Shown: positions 54,758 to 63,383 of the stretch, one piece after another | How positions within the stretch are numbered: position 1 is the stretch's first letter | How the letters are laid out: each line of letters opens with the position of its first letter | Source of the DNA: Candidatus Daviesbacteria bacterium | GTDB lineage: Bacteria; Patescibacteriota; Microgenomatia; Daviesbacterales; UBA10151 | Assembly: GCA_016176465.1 (NCBI GenBank) | Contig: JACOXD010000004.1 | Span: 50,119 to 114,118 of the forward strand | Length of the DNA stretch: 64,000 nucleotides | Direction of reading: 5' to 3' | The notes under the pieces: generated by a model | Database searches by the model: none | Seen by the model: the letters and a program-made list of their open reading frames with translations, nothing else | What the model was told of the DNA's origin: nothing | Made by a program: the position numbers and the translations under genes

Positions 54758-55977
54758 TTTTGATCTTCCGTTTTACTAAAACTCATCCTTACGAAATTGT
54801 GTATTTTTTTCATATCATTATCTTGTGGAATTAATACAAATGCTCCTCCATAAAAAGCGGCAGGAGGCGTAACCAAGATTGATTTTCCTTCACCCAAATC
54901 CCCCAATACAACGCTTTCTACTTTCTTTGTTGTTTTAATTAATTTATAAAATTCCAAATAATGTTCAAAAGGGATATCTGTTTCCAAACTTGATCCAAGA
55001 GTTGCCACCAAACCTGTAACTTTTATTGGATTAGCTAAAGTTTCTAAAGACAACACTTTTTCTCTAAATGCTTGGATAATAAGTTGTTGTCTTCTTGATC
55101 TGGCAAAATCCGATCCTTCACCATTGCTTCCCATTCTAGAGCGAACAAATTTGAGAGCAGTTTCCCCATCCATTTTTGTACTACCTTCATCAAAGTGTAT
55201 ATGTTCAAAACGACAATCAAACCTAATTTTATTTGAATCGGTAGCAATAGCCCCTGTTGGATCAAGCAATATTTTATATTTCCCTGAAGCTAGGGGGTAA
55301 GGCTTATCAGAATACCAAAGTCCACTCGGATAAGGTGTCGCTAAATTTAGCTTTTGTATATCTTCGTCTTTTAACTCTCTTTCCTCCTCTTTATAATCAC
55401 ACAATTCATCTTCTTTGCCTTCAATTGGGTAGTTGTAGTCATCAAATGTATGTGGCACATTGACCTTAACCCCTTCTATTAAATCTATTGCTTTGGCAAA
55501 ACCGCTAAAATCCAACCTTATGGCATAATGAATTGGAATCCCCATAATTTCTCCAATTTTACTTTTGGTGTAATTTAACCCATCCCCCTTTTTAACTCCA
55601 ATTGCGTACAGGGTATTTACTTTAACTGACGCTTTATCAATCCATAAATCCCTAGGGATAGAAAAAAGAATAGCTTTTTTGGTTTTTAAATTATATGAGG
55701 CAATAATTATTGAATCAGTAAGTAATGGTCCATCATGCCCTCCCCCAGCATTTCCTATCATTAAAATATTTACCCGATCATTATCAGATTTTATAGGAGA
55801 GGCTCCAGGAAGTAGTGGTATTTTAAATATAAAGGAACTGGAAGAAGAAGTAGTTTGAGCCCAAATAAAAATTATTAAAAAAACCATTCCCAACCCTATT
55901 AAAAAAGGTAAAAATTTTTTAAAATTTTGTTTATTTTTTCTATTTTGTTTCTGTAAATCTATCTTTTTAAGCATCAA
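54754..55977 (-). CDS. LytR-CpsA-Psr (LCP) family cell-envelope phosphotransferase
   Basis: N-terminal TM, ILMIGNAGGGHDGPLLTDSIIIASYN. Confidence 0.75.
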   Translation of the reverse strand: MMLKKIDLQKQNRKNKQNFKKFLPFLIGLGMVFLIIFIWAQTTSSSSSFIFKIPLLPGASPIKSDNDRVNILMIGNAGGGHDGPLLTDSIIIASYNLKTKKAILFSIPRDLWIDKASVKVNTLYAIGVKKGDGLNYTKSKIGEIMGIPIHYAIRLDFSGFAKAIDLIEGVKVNVPHTFDDYNYPIEGKEDELCDYKEEERELKDEDIQKLNLATPYPSGLWYSDKPYPLASGKYKILLDPTGAIATDSNKIRFDCRFEHIHFDEGSTKMDGETALKFVRSRMGSNGEGSDFARSRRQQLIIQAFREKVLSLETLANPIKVTGLVATLGSSLETDIPFEHYLEFYKLIKTTKKVESVVLGDLGEGKSILVTPPAAFYGGAFVLIPQDNDMKKIHNFVRMSFSKTEDQK

Positions 55978-56635
55978 CTTGGGAAATTATTTTTAAGAAA
56001 TCGGATGGATTTAGCGCCCCAGTTGCGACTAAGACTCCATTAATATTTTCTTGCATTAAAAAATCTTTAACATTTTCAAAATTAACACTCCCCCCATATA
56101 AAACTTCCAAATTATCCTTCTTTGTCTTTAACTTAGTAGCAACACTATTGGCGTTAGATGGAGTATCAGGATTACCAGTGCCTATGGCAAAGATTGGCTC
56201 ATAAGCAACCAAATTGCAATCATTCGGAATAGGGGTATTTTCCCCTTGAACACAGACTAAAGGAATAATATTATACTTTTTAGCTTCCATAACTTTTTGA
56301 GCTACCATCTCATCAGTTTCAGCAAAATTTTTCCGCCTCTCGCTATGACCTAAAATTGCCAGATCAATAAAAGGAGATAAAAATTTTGCAGCTTCCTCAC
56401 CAGTGTAGGAACCCTCTGGAAAGGGGGATAAATCTTGAGAACCTACAAGTATTGGGAAATTATTTACAAGCATTTGTTTTTTAACTTCTTCAATGCTTAA
56501 AAAATCAGGACAAACAACTATTTTTAAATCTTCCCTTTTATAAAGCTTTGGACCAACCACAGATACCCAATCAAGCGTTTTATTGATATCTAAATTGGAT
56601 TTAAAATTTACAATAACCCAAAGATTTTTATTCAT
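55967..56635 (-). CDS. tpiA: Triosephosphate isomerase
   Basis: AYEPIFAIGTG, GHSERR. Confidence 0.88.
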   Translation of the reverse strand: MNKNLWVIVNFKSNLDINKTLDWVSVVGPKLYKREDLKIVVCPDFLSIEEVKKQMLVNNFPILVGSQDLSPFPEGSYTGEEAAKFLSPFIDLAILGHSERRKNFAETDEMVAQKVMEAKKYNIIPLVCVQGENTPIPNDCNLVAYEPIFAIGTGNPDTPSNANSVATKLKTKKDNLEVLYGGSVNFENVKDFLMQENINGVLVATGALNPSDFLKIISQVDA

Positions 56636-56640
56636 ATAAA

Positions 56641-56798
56641 GCTTACGCCTGCTAAAGACAGTGAAGTCACGAGCTAGAAAAATGTAGTGCGTTTCGCTTA
56701 TGCCAAGTCAATGACCGTAGACCAGTCTGGTGCGAAACAAACTCCAAGCGAGACGCGTGGAAGGTCGAGCGGTTTTTTCAGCCGTGACGAACTAGTCT
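56641..56798. ncRNA. GC-rich, hairpin-rich intergenic block of unknown function (candidate small RNA or leader)
   Basis: About 50% GC against <35% flanks; nested inverted repeats gtttcgc...gcgaaac and ggtcgagcgg...ccgtgac; no ORF. Confidence 0.2.
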
Positions 56799-57101
56799 TT
56801 AATTTCCGAACCAACCGTACTTTTTTAAGTCTACCATGAAATCTGAAGAAACCTCCACCCCCTCTTGTTCAAGGAGTGTTTTTTGCAAAGCTTTTGAGTG
56901 ATCAAAGCATTTAATGGAGATAAATCCATGTCTATTTATCACCCTAAACCAAGGTAAATCCTCTTCATTATTGTGTAAAATTCCTCCTACAATTCTAGCT
57001 GCTCTTGGCATACCAGCTAAAGTAGCTAATGTTCCATAAGTAGTTACTTTACCATAGGGAATTTTTTTAGTTAAGGAAATAACTTGTAATTTAAAACTCA
57101 A
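56799..57101 (-). CDS. atl: Alkyltransferase-like protein (ATL; MGMT DNA-binding fold with Trp replacing the active-site Cys)
   Basis: YGTLATLAGMPRAARIVGGIL plus PWFRVIN where MGMT has PCHRV. Confidence 0.7.
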   Translation of the reverse strand: MSFKLQVISLTKKIPYGKVTTYGTLATLAGMPRAARIVGGILHNNEEDLPWFRVINRHGFISIKCFDHSKALQKTLLEQEGVEVSSDFMVDLKKYGWFGN

Positions 57102-57355
57102 GATTGGATTAATTTAACCAGTTCTGCTTTTGGCATAGCTCCAATTTTCCTACCCACTTCTTTACCATCCTTTAATACTATATAAGTAGGAATGCTCATT
57201 ACACCATTTTGGGAGGCTTTATCAGGTTCTTCATCAACATTAATCTTTACAATCTCTACTTTACCTGAATATTCTTTTTCTACCTCTTCCAAAATAGGAT
57301 CCATTATCCTACAAGGTCCACACCATGGAGCCCAAAAATCAAGAAGCTGTGTCAT
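57098..57355 (-). CDS. trxA: Thioredoxin
   Basis: WAPWCGPC. Confidence 0.88.
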   Translation of the reverse strand: MTQLLDFWAPWCGPCRIMDPILEEVEKEYSGKVEIVKINVDEEPDKASQNGVMSIPTYIVLKDGKEVGRKIGAMPKAELVKLIQS

Positions 57356-57400
57356 AGGATAAAAATTATATCACCAAAATTTAAAGATTAAAGTAGTTAC

Positions 57401-58132
57401 TTAAATGAAACCGTGCGCTGAAACTTGACCTCCCTGTTGAGAAGGCGCTTCCATTAAAACTGCTCGTACATGAGCCTCTACCAATTTAGACATAACCTCC
57501 CCATCTCCTTGATCCATAAAGTACTCCAATATAGTAAAGTAATTCTCCTGATCTGAATCGTCACCTGAGATAAATTGTTTAGCCCAGGCTATCGCCGCAA
57601 CTCTACGATGAGCTAGTTCTACTCTATCTGGTCCTTCGTAAATTTTTCTCACTTGCTCAAGGGGAATCAGTTTCTTATCGTCTTTTCCTAGAAGCAAGGA
57701 TCCGGCCAATTTAGCAAACCCATCACAGATTTCACCATGTAATTCTCCCATCCTTTCTTGAAGTGGAGTTCTTAACCCTGCTGCGGAAGTATAGAATGCC
57801 TCTGCCAATAACTCTAACTTCTCGCGCGTATTAGGAAGAGAATCCCAATCACTTCTAAAAAACGCCGGTACTCCAATTGAAAACCTCTGCGCTTCAGTAT
57901 AGGCCGGATCAGTTCTCACTCCTGCTAATCCACGAGCTGCCAAACTCATCGCTTCAGCCAAAGCTTCATTCCTATTCGGCGCCATCTCTCCATGTGGGCT
58001 AATCAACACATCTATTATTCCTCTTCCCACAACATACATCTCATGAGGCCTTAGAGAACCTGGATCTTGCTCGAATCTTGCTAATAAATCCGGACTTGCC
58101 ATAATTGCTGGGTAATATAAACCTATAGGCAT
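57401..58132 (-). CDS. Hypothetical protein, Ala/Arg/Gly-rich, higher GC (likely acquired)
   Basis: No motif recognised; composition differs from its neighbours. Confidence 0.35.
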   Translation of the reverse strand: MPIGLYYPAIMASPDLLARFEQDPGSLRPHEMYVVGRGIIDVLISPHGEMAPNRNEALAEAMSLAARGLAGVRTDPAYTEAQRFSIGVPAFFRSDWDSLPNTREKLELLAEAFYTSAAGLRTPLQERMGELHGEICDGFAKLAGSLLLGKDDKKLIPLEQVRKIYEGPDRVELAHRRVAAIAWAKQFISGDDSDQENYFTILEYFMDQGDGEVMSKLVEAHVRAVLMEAPSQQGGQVSAHGFI

Positions 58133-58192
58133 ATTTTGTCAAATTTTGTCAAAGAATTTTATTAGTGTTAAACTATGCACCATCACCGCTCC

Positions 58193-58256
58193 TGTCATTC
58201 TGAGGCGGAGCCGAAGAATCTAATCTAGATCCTTCACCAGAACGTTCAGGATGACA
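58193..58256. repeat. MITE/REP-like element immediately upstream of uvrD
   Basis: tgtcattctgaggcggagccgaagaatctaatctagatccttcaccagaacgttcaggatgacag. Confidence 0.75.
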
Positions 58257-58265
58257 GTAAACCAT

Positions 58266-60311
58266 ATGCCCAATAAGCTCCTAGATGATTTAAACCCTAT
58301 CCAACAACAAGCTGTTAAAGCAACTGAGGGCCCTAATTTGGTTTTAGCTGGAGCAGGATCAGGAAAAACAAGAGTACTAACCTACAAGGTTGCATATTTA
58401 ATTTCTGAAAAAAAAGTTCCTGCAGAAGACATAGTTTGTTATACATTTACTAATAAGGCCGCAGGGGAAATGCGAGACCGAATCCTTAAGCTTCTTCAAC
58501 TATACGCTAAACCCTACACCCTAAACGCTATTCCTTTAATGGGTACATTCCACTCTATCTGTGCCAAGATTTTAAGGAAAGAAGGATATAATATTGGGCT
58601 ATCCCCTGGCTTTTCTATTTATGATGAAGGGGATGCGCTAGATGCTGTTAAAGAAGCAATGAAGAATTTAAATCTAGCTACTCAAAAAATTAACCCTGGT
58701 GCTGTTAGGCATACAATTTCATCAGCTAAAAATGAACTAATTTCAGAGTTAGAATATCCCCAAATGATAAGGGGTTATTTTCAAGAAACTGTAGCTAAAG
58801 TTTATTTAGAATATCAAAAAATTTTAAGGCAAAACCAGGCTTTGGATTTTGATGATTTATTAATGAGCACTATTCAACTATTTCAAAGTAACCCTCCAGT
58901 ACTGGCGCGCTATCAAAACCAGTTTCAATATATTTTAGTAGATGAGTATCAAGATACTAATGCCGCTCAGTATCAGCTAATAAAACTTTTAGCTGCGAAA
59001 CACCGAAACATTTGTGTAGTTGGCGACTTCGCACAGGCGATATATAGCTTCAGAGGCGCTGATTATCGAAATATGCTTAGTTTCCAAAAAGATTATCCTG
59101 AGGCTAAGGTATTTAATTTAGAACAAAACTACCGCTCTACTCAAATTATTTTAGATGCAGCCCAAGCTGTAATCTCAGAAAATAAACTGCATCCTATTTT
59201 AAAGCTGTGGACTGATAAAAAAGGTGGCGTAAAAATTAAAATCTTCCAAGCCCGCTCTGAAGTTGAAGAAGCGTTATTTATAGTAGAACAAATACAAACT
59301 CTTACTAGAGCGAGGGGTGACGGCGAGCGGGGTGCCCCATTGAGTCCACGCAGTGAAACGAGGAGATCGAATGGGGCTGCAAGCCGGCAGAACCCGGAGC
59401 AAATGAGTCTATCGGATTTTGCAGTTTTATATCGTACTAATGCTCAATCCAGAGCGCTGGAAGAGGTTTTCCTAAAGTCAGGTATTCCTTATAAATTAGT
59501 AGGCGGGGTGCAATTTTATGAGCGAAAAGAGATTAAGGATGTTTTATCTTATTTAAAGCTATTGCAAAATCCTAAAGATTCTATAGCTATAAAAAGAATA
59601 GAAAAAATAGGTAAGCTTAGGGCTTCTAAATTTTTTGAATTTCAACAGGTCATCCTGAACCCTTCGCTACGCTCGAGGGTGAACTCCGTGAAGGATCCAG
59701 ATTCTTCTCAGGCGAAGCCTGATCAGAATGACAGTATTCCCTTTACCACCCTAGAACTTTTAGATCAAATTTTATCTTTAACCGGTTACTTAGCATATTT
59801 AGACGATGGGAGTGAACAAGGAAAAGTTAGGGTAGAAAACGTTAAAGAGTTACGCTCTGTTGCGGAAGAGTTTCCTAATTTAGTTTTATTTTTGGAAAAT
59901 GTAGCTTTAGTTCAAGAAAACCAGCTACCTGAAAGTAAAAGAAAAATGGATCAAGAAGCTGTTACTTTAATGACAATTCATGCCTCCAAAGGTTTGGAAT
60001 TTCCAGTTATATTTTTAACTGGAATGGAGGAAGGTTTATTCCCCCACTCCCGTTCTATGCTTGATCCCAGTGAAATGGAGGAAGAAAGACGTTTAGCTTA
60101 TGTAGGAATTACCAGAGCAAAAGATAAATTATTTTTAACTCATACCCGCTCAAGATTATATTTTGGAAGTAAAACAAATAGCATTGTCTCCCGTTTTATT
60201 ATGGCAATACCAGAAAAGCTACTGGATTTATCTGAAGGTTTCAGAGATTCTGATAGATTTGATGATGATATAACTCCTATTAATGATGAGGAAGAGTGGT
60301 TAAATGGATAA
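58266..60311 (+). CDS. uvrD: UvrD/PcrA-family DNA helicase carrying two in-frame insertions (start moved to MPNKLLDDLNPIQQQAV)
   Basis: GAGSGKT Walker A, DEYQDTN, YRSTQ, VLYRTNAQSR, MTIHASKGLEF, VGITRAK; the listed ATG at 58251 lies inside the repeat terminus tcaggATGACAG. Confidence 0.85.
   Translation: MPNKLLDDLNPIQQQAVKATEGPNLVLAGAGSGKTRVLTYKVAYLISEKKVPAEDIVCYTFTNKAAGEMRDRILKLLQLYAKPYTLNAIPLMGTFHSICAKILRKEGYNIGLSPGFSIYDEGDALDAVKEAMKNLNLATQKINPGAVRHTISSAKNELISELEYPQMIRGYFQETVAKVYLEYQKILRQNQALDFDDLLMSTIQLFQSNPPVLARYQNQFQYILVDEYQDTNAAQYQLIKLLAAKHRNICVVGDFAQAIYSFRGADYRNMLSFQKDYPEAKVFNLEQNYRSTQIILDAAQAVISENKLHPILKLWTDKKGGVKIKIFQARSEVEEALFIVEQIQTLTRARGDGERGAPLSPRSETRRSNGAASRQNPEQMSLSDFAVLYRTNAQSRALEEVFLKSGIPYKLVGGVQFYERKEIKDVLSYLKLLQNPKDSIAIKRIEKIGKLRASKFFEFQQVILNPSLRSRVNSVKDPDSSQAKPDQNDSIPFTTLELLDQILSLTGYLAYLDDGSEQGKVRVENVKELRSVAEEFPNLVLFLENVALVQENQLPESKRKMDQEAVTLMTIHASKGLEFPVIFLTGMEEGLFPHSRSMLDPSEMEEERRLAYVGITRAKDKLFLTHTRSRLYFGSKTNSIVSRFIMAIPEKLLDLSEGFRDSDRFDDDITPINDEEEWLNG
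59309..59403 (+). repeat. GC-rich structured insertion inside uvrD (in frame, ~32 codons)
   Basis: gagcgaggggtgacggcgagcggggtgccccattgag...tcgaatggggctgcaagccggcag; ~65% GC; encodes RARGDGERGAPLSPRSETRRSNGAASRQNPEQ, absent from canonical UvrD. Confidence 0.4.
59649..59734. repeat. MITE/REP-like element inserted in frame inside uvrD
   Basis: gtcatcctgaacccttcgctacgctcgagggtgaactccgtgaaggatccagattcttctcaggcgaagcctgatcagaatgacag; encodes VILNPSLRSRVNSVKDPDSSQAKPDQNDS. Confidence 0.7.
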
Positions 60312-60996
60312 GGCAGCTCTTCTTTTGCTATTAACTTTATCTTCAGCAATTTTTCCCAACTTACCTTCATTTTCCCTTCCAACAGAAAATAGTGAGACAG
60401 AACCAGATCTAGTTTTAAAAGTATCCCAACCAGTTAAAACTTCTTCTTTTTTTGAGGAAAAAGAAGAAGTTAAGGAAGAAGAAATAGAAAGGCAAACAAA
60501 ATACGAGGATGATGCAGAGTTAGAACTGGGGGAAGAAAAAATAAAAGAAGCGGGTGAGGATGGAAAAAGGATAAAAACTTATAAAGTGACCTTTTACCAA
60601 GGAAAAGAATATGAAAGAGAACTTATATCTACTAAGATAGATTACCCTAAAGATAAGATTATATTAAAAGGAACAAAAATTGTTTGGAGAACTGCCAGTA
60701 CCCCTGATGGAGATATTCAGTATTGGAGGAAACTTAAAGTTTGGGCAACTCATTATGATTCTAAGTGTTTAGGTTGTAATGAATGGACAGCAACAGGATT
60801 AAGAGCAGGCAAAGGAGTAATCGCAGTTGATCCAAAAGTAATAAAATTAGGATCACGAGTTTACATCCCAGGATATGGGCTTGCAACAGCAGGTGATACA
60901 GGTGGGGCAATTAAAGGAAATATTATAGATTTAGGATTTGATGACGCTAGAACTGCAGGGTGGCGAGCACAATATGTGGACATTTATCTTCTATAA
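60304..60996 (+). CDS. Secreted G5-domain plus 3D-domain (MltA-like, YabE/Rpf-type) cell-wall protein
   Basis: Signal peptide, G5-like KVTFYQGKEYERELISTKIDYPKDKIILKGTK, C-terminal 3D domain with conserved D residues. Confidence 0.55.
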   Translation: MDKAALLLLLTLSSAIFPNLPSFSLPTENSETEPDLVLKVSQPVKTSSFFEEKEEVKEEEIERQTKYEDDAELELGEEKIKEAGEDGKRIKTYKVTFYQGKEYERELISTKIDYPKDKIILKGTKIVWRTASTPDGDIQYWRKLKVWATHYDSKCLGCNEWTATGLRAGKGVIAVDPKVIKLGSRVYIPGYGLATAGDTGGAIKGNIIDLGFDDARTAGWRAQYVDIYLL

Positions 60997-61000
60997 TTTT

Positions 61001-61026
61001 CCATCCTGAGCGTAGTCGAAGGATAG
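61001..61026. repeat. Short fragment of the repeat family (atcctgagcgtagtcgaaggat)
   Basis: Matches the internal module tcctgagcgtagccgaagga of the element at 37849-37960. Confidence 0.5.
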
Positions 61027-61037
61027 ATATATATCTT

Positions 61038-61838
61038 TTATAAAAATTTAAATGTTTCAATTATCTTTTCATATATAGCTTTATTTTTATCAGGGTTTCC
61101 TGAAGTTTGAGCCGGATTTATAATGATCTCATAAATTTTATCTCCTTTTAATGCAACTATATTAGCTTCAACCCCTACTTGTCCCCCGCAACATCCATCT
61201 ATTCTTAATGCGTCTAGTCCTCCTAGTTTAGTATTCTTAATCTCTATATCTTTTAAGCTATCTTTACCATATTTTATAAATAAACCCTTCCCAAAATACT
61301 GTTCCAAATTTTCCCTTGTGTACCCTTCATTATTCTTTTTTATTCCTATCGATACTTGGTAAGTTACTGCTAGGGGCTTTTCTTCATTAAAAATGTCATT
61401 AGGCTCTAAATTAATAATGCCTGGCCAAGAGGCATTTATATTAGCTGGACCACTCCTTATTGAATATTTATCAAGTGGATACTCTATTTGATAAAACCTT
61501 GTTGCCTGATAAGTACTCCAATTTGTAGAATCAGATTTGCTATCTTCTAATTCTTTAAACTCATCCTCTAGTCTTTTCTGTTCCTCTTCACTAAGTTTTT
61601 GGGTAAAACTTCTTCCATCTTTAGTATTACACTGAGTAGGATAAGATTCCATCACTGGATAATATTTTGCACACTCTTCAAAAGAATTAATATTTTTAAT
61701 TCTTTGCTGCTGAAAATAGAAATATGTACCGTATACTAATCCTGCAAAAATCACTACAGCTAAAAGTATAACTACTAAAGAAAACCCTTTTGCATTAAGT
61801 TTTTTTGATTTCAAGTGGGATGGAGATAGTATGAACAT
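61038..61838 (-). CDS. Type IV pilin-like protein, paralog A (real start probably downstream of 61838)
   Basis: KGFSLVVILLAVVIFAGL prepilin-like N-terminus (no Glu5), Cys-rich C-terminus RIDGCCGG; the listed N-terminus overlaps the neighbouring ORF by 44 nt. Confidence 0.45.
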   Translation of the reverse strand: MFILSPSHLKSKKLNAKGFSLVVILLAVVIFAGLVYGTYFYFQQQRIKNINSFEECAKYYPVMESYPTQCNTKDGRSFTQKLSEEEQKRLEDEFKELEDSKSDSTNWSTYQATRFYQIEYPLDKYSIRSGPANINASWPGIINLEPNDIFNEEKPLAVTYQVSIGIKKNNEGYTRENLEQYFGKGLFIKYGKDSLKDIEIKNTKLGGLDALRIDGCCGGQVGVEANIVALKGDKIYEIIINPAQTSGNPDKNKAIYEKIIETFKFL

Positions 61839-62127
61839 TTTTTATTTTATCCTCAGCTTTTTTAGCTCTTTTAGAAAAATCTGGGCCAGCATCCTTAAAA
61901 AATCTGCTAGCGAATAAAACCTCAATGTAAACTGGCTCATCATCCTTTGTATAATGGGTAATAATTAGATTCCCATCATCTTCACCGTATTCATAAGGTT
62001 TATCTGATAACCAAATATTTAATACATCATCCTCAGGTTCATAAATTATTTTATTTTTTCTAAAAACATTTTTTTTATTCTTAGAAAAGCTTTGCTTATT
62101 CATAGAAAAACTTCGTTTATTTTTCAT
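61795..62127 (-). CDS. DUF2283-like protein (putative antitoxin partner)
   Basis: DDVLNIWLSDKPYEYGEDDGNLIITHYTKDDEPVYIEVLFAS. Confidence 0.4.
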   Translation of the reverse strand: MKNKRSFSMNKQSFSKNKKNVFRKNKIIYEPEDDVLNIWLSDKPYEYGEDDGNLIITHYTKDDEPVYIEVLFASRFFKDAGPDFSKRAKKAEDKIKNVHTISIPLEIKKT

Positions 62128-62374
62128 ATCTACCCCTCCTTGTGGGATAAAAAGTTACTAAGGTAATTATACCATTTACCTCAGAATAAATTATTCTTAA
62201 ATTATAATCCTCATTCAGTTTTCTTAATACAATTTTTACTTTAAGTTCATAATTCTCCATGTAGTGATCAGGGCGCAAAATAGCTTCCTTAATATTATTT
62301 CTCTTTATATTGAATTTAATAATCGAAGGATGGTTAAATTTGTCCTTGGCATGTTTCGTATAAACAAGCTTCAC
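62117..62374 (-). CDS. DUF4258-like protein (putative toxin)
   Basis: MKLVYTKHAKDKF...ITLVTFYPTRRG; overlaps its partner by 11 nt. Confidence 0.4.
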   Translation of the reverse strand: MKLVYTKHAKDKFNHPSIIKFNIKRNNIKEAILRPDHYMENYELKVKIVLRKLNEDYNLRIIYSEVNGIITLVTFYPTRRGRYEK

Positions 62375-62438
62375 AATGTGATCATATCATGCTGCTTAAG
62401 CTTCAGGCTGGTCAGCAAGATAAATGGATATATTTACT

Positions 62439-63371
62439 CTAATCACAATAATGGTATTTTGTCCCTCTTGAACAACCCATGACAGCACAACTTTCACTTT
62501 TGCTCGTTTTTATATCCTCAGCTTTAATTTCATCTAAACTATCCCCCTTACTTTTGTATAAACATTGCGTCTCAGCTGGAACTCCTCCGCAACACCCGCA
62601 TCCACAAGCCGTATAACTATTAGCCTCTATATCTTCAGCAACATTCTGATCTAAAAATTTAAAAGTAGAGATAATTTTCTCGTATAACCCATTATCCTCT
62701 TTTGGCCACAAAAAAAGATTAGGTTCAATAGCGATCAAATATCTTGGATTGCTGGGGATAGAGATTAAGGTTTGTTGTTTTCCAGATGAAGTCACAACTG
62801 AGTAATATTCACCAAAAATATTACTAACTTTTTTTACTATTTCTTTCGGGGCATTAGGCAGACATGAACTGCCCATATTACATTGAGGATATTCTAATCC
62901 ATATTTTTTTGCTTCTTCCAAACTTGAGATATCAGCTGATTTAGCAATTACGGAAATTTTAATAGAATACGTTGGCGCTTCATTAACTCCAGCCTTAAAG
63001 GTATTCTCTGTTTGTTCACTATCAAATCTTATATTATCTGCGTCAGAATCATAAATATTCCAATTACTGGGATAGCTAATTCTATAGCTCCATTTATCAT
63101 TTGTATAAATTTTCCAATCAGATATATCAACAGGTGGTTTTAGTTTTTCCTGTTCCTCCTCACTTAACTGCTCAGTAAAACTTTTTCCATCTTTAGATTT
63201 GCACTGTCTGGGGTAACTCTCTAAAACAGGATTTCCTGCTTTAACGCACTCTTCAAAAGAATTTATATTTTTGATTTTTTGCTGCTGAAAATAAGAATAA
63301 GTTCCATAAGCTAAACCAGCAAGGATAAGTAAAGCTATTAGAACAATTACTAGCGAAAATCCTTTTTGCAT
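62439..63371 (-). CDS. Type IV pilin-like protein, paralog B (Cys-rich C-terminus)
   Basis: MQKGFSLVIVLIALLILAGLAYG prepilin-like N-terminus; C-terminal CGCGCCGG...CAVMGC...HYC. Confidence 0.45.
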   Translation of the reverse strand: MQKGFSLVIVLIALLILAGLAYGTYSYFQQQKIKNINSFEECVKAGNPVLESYPRQCKSKDGKSFTEQLSEEEQEKLKPPVDISDWKIYTNDKWSYRISYPSNWNIYDSDADNIRFDSEQTENTFKAGVNEAPTYSIKISVIAKSADISSLEEAKKYGLEYPQCNMGSSCLPNAPKEIVKKVSNIFGEYYSVVTSSGKQQTLISIPSNPRYLIAIEPNLFLWPKEDNGLYEKIISTFKFLDQNVAEDIEANSYTACGCGCCGGVPAETQCLYKSKGDSLDEIKAEDIKTSKSESCAVMGCSRGTKYHYCD

Positions 63372-63383
63372 AATTTAAGGTCC

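Noticed and set aside
56641-56798. Identification of the GC-rich spacer as SRP RNA, RNase P RNA, tmRNA or 6S RNA
   Set aside because: None of the hallmark motifs I can check by eye is present (SRP domain IV AGGAAGCAGCC and GGAA tetraloop context, RNase P P4 AGGAAAGUCCGGGCUCC, tmRNA tag reading frame), and it is too short for RNase P or tmRNA. It is kept only as an unexplained structured region
58251-58265. Listed start codon of uvrD at 58251
   Set aside because: That ATG is part of the terminal inverted repeat tcaggATGACAG of a repeat element. The downstream Met (MPNKLLDDLNPIQQQAV) matches the canonical UvrD/PcrA N-terminus
4365-60000. Whether the recurring gtcattctga...tcaggatgac repeats form a CRISPR array
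   Set aside because: The copies are palindromic, irregularly spaced across the whole window, separated by genes rather than short spacers, and not accompanied by cas genes. They look like dispersed MITE/REP-like elements, not a CRISPR array
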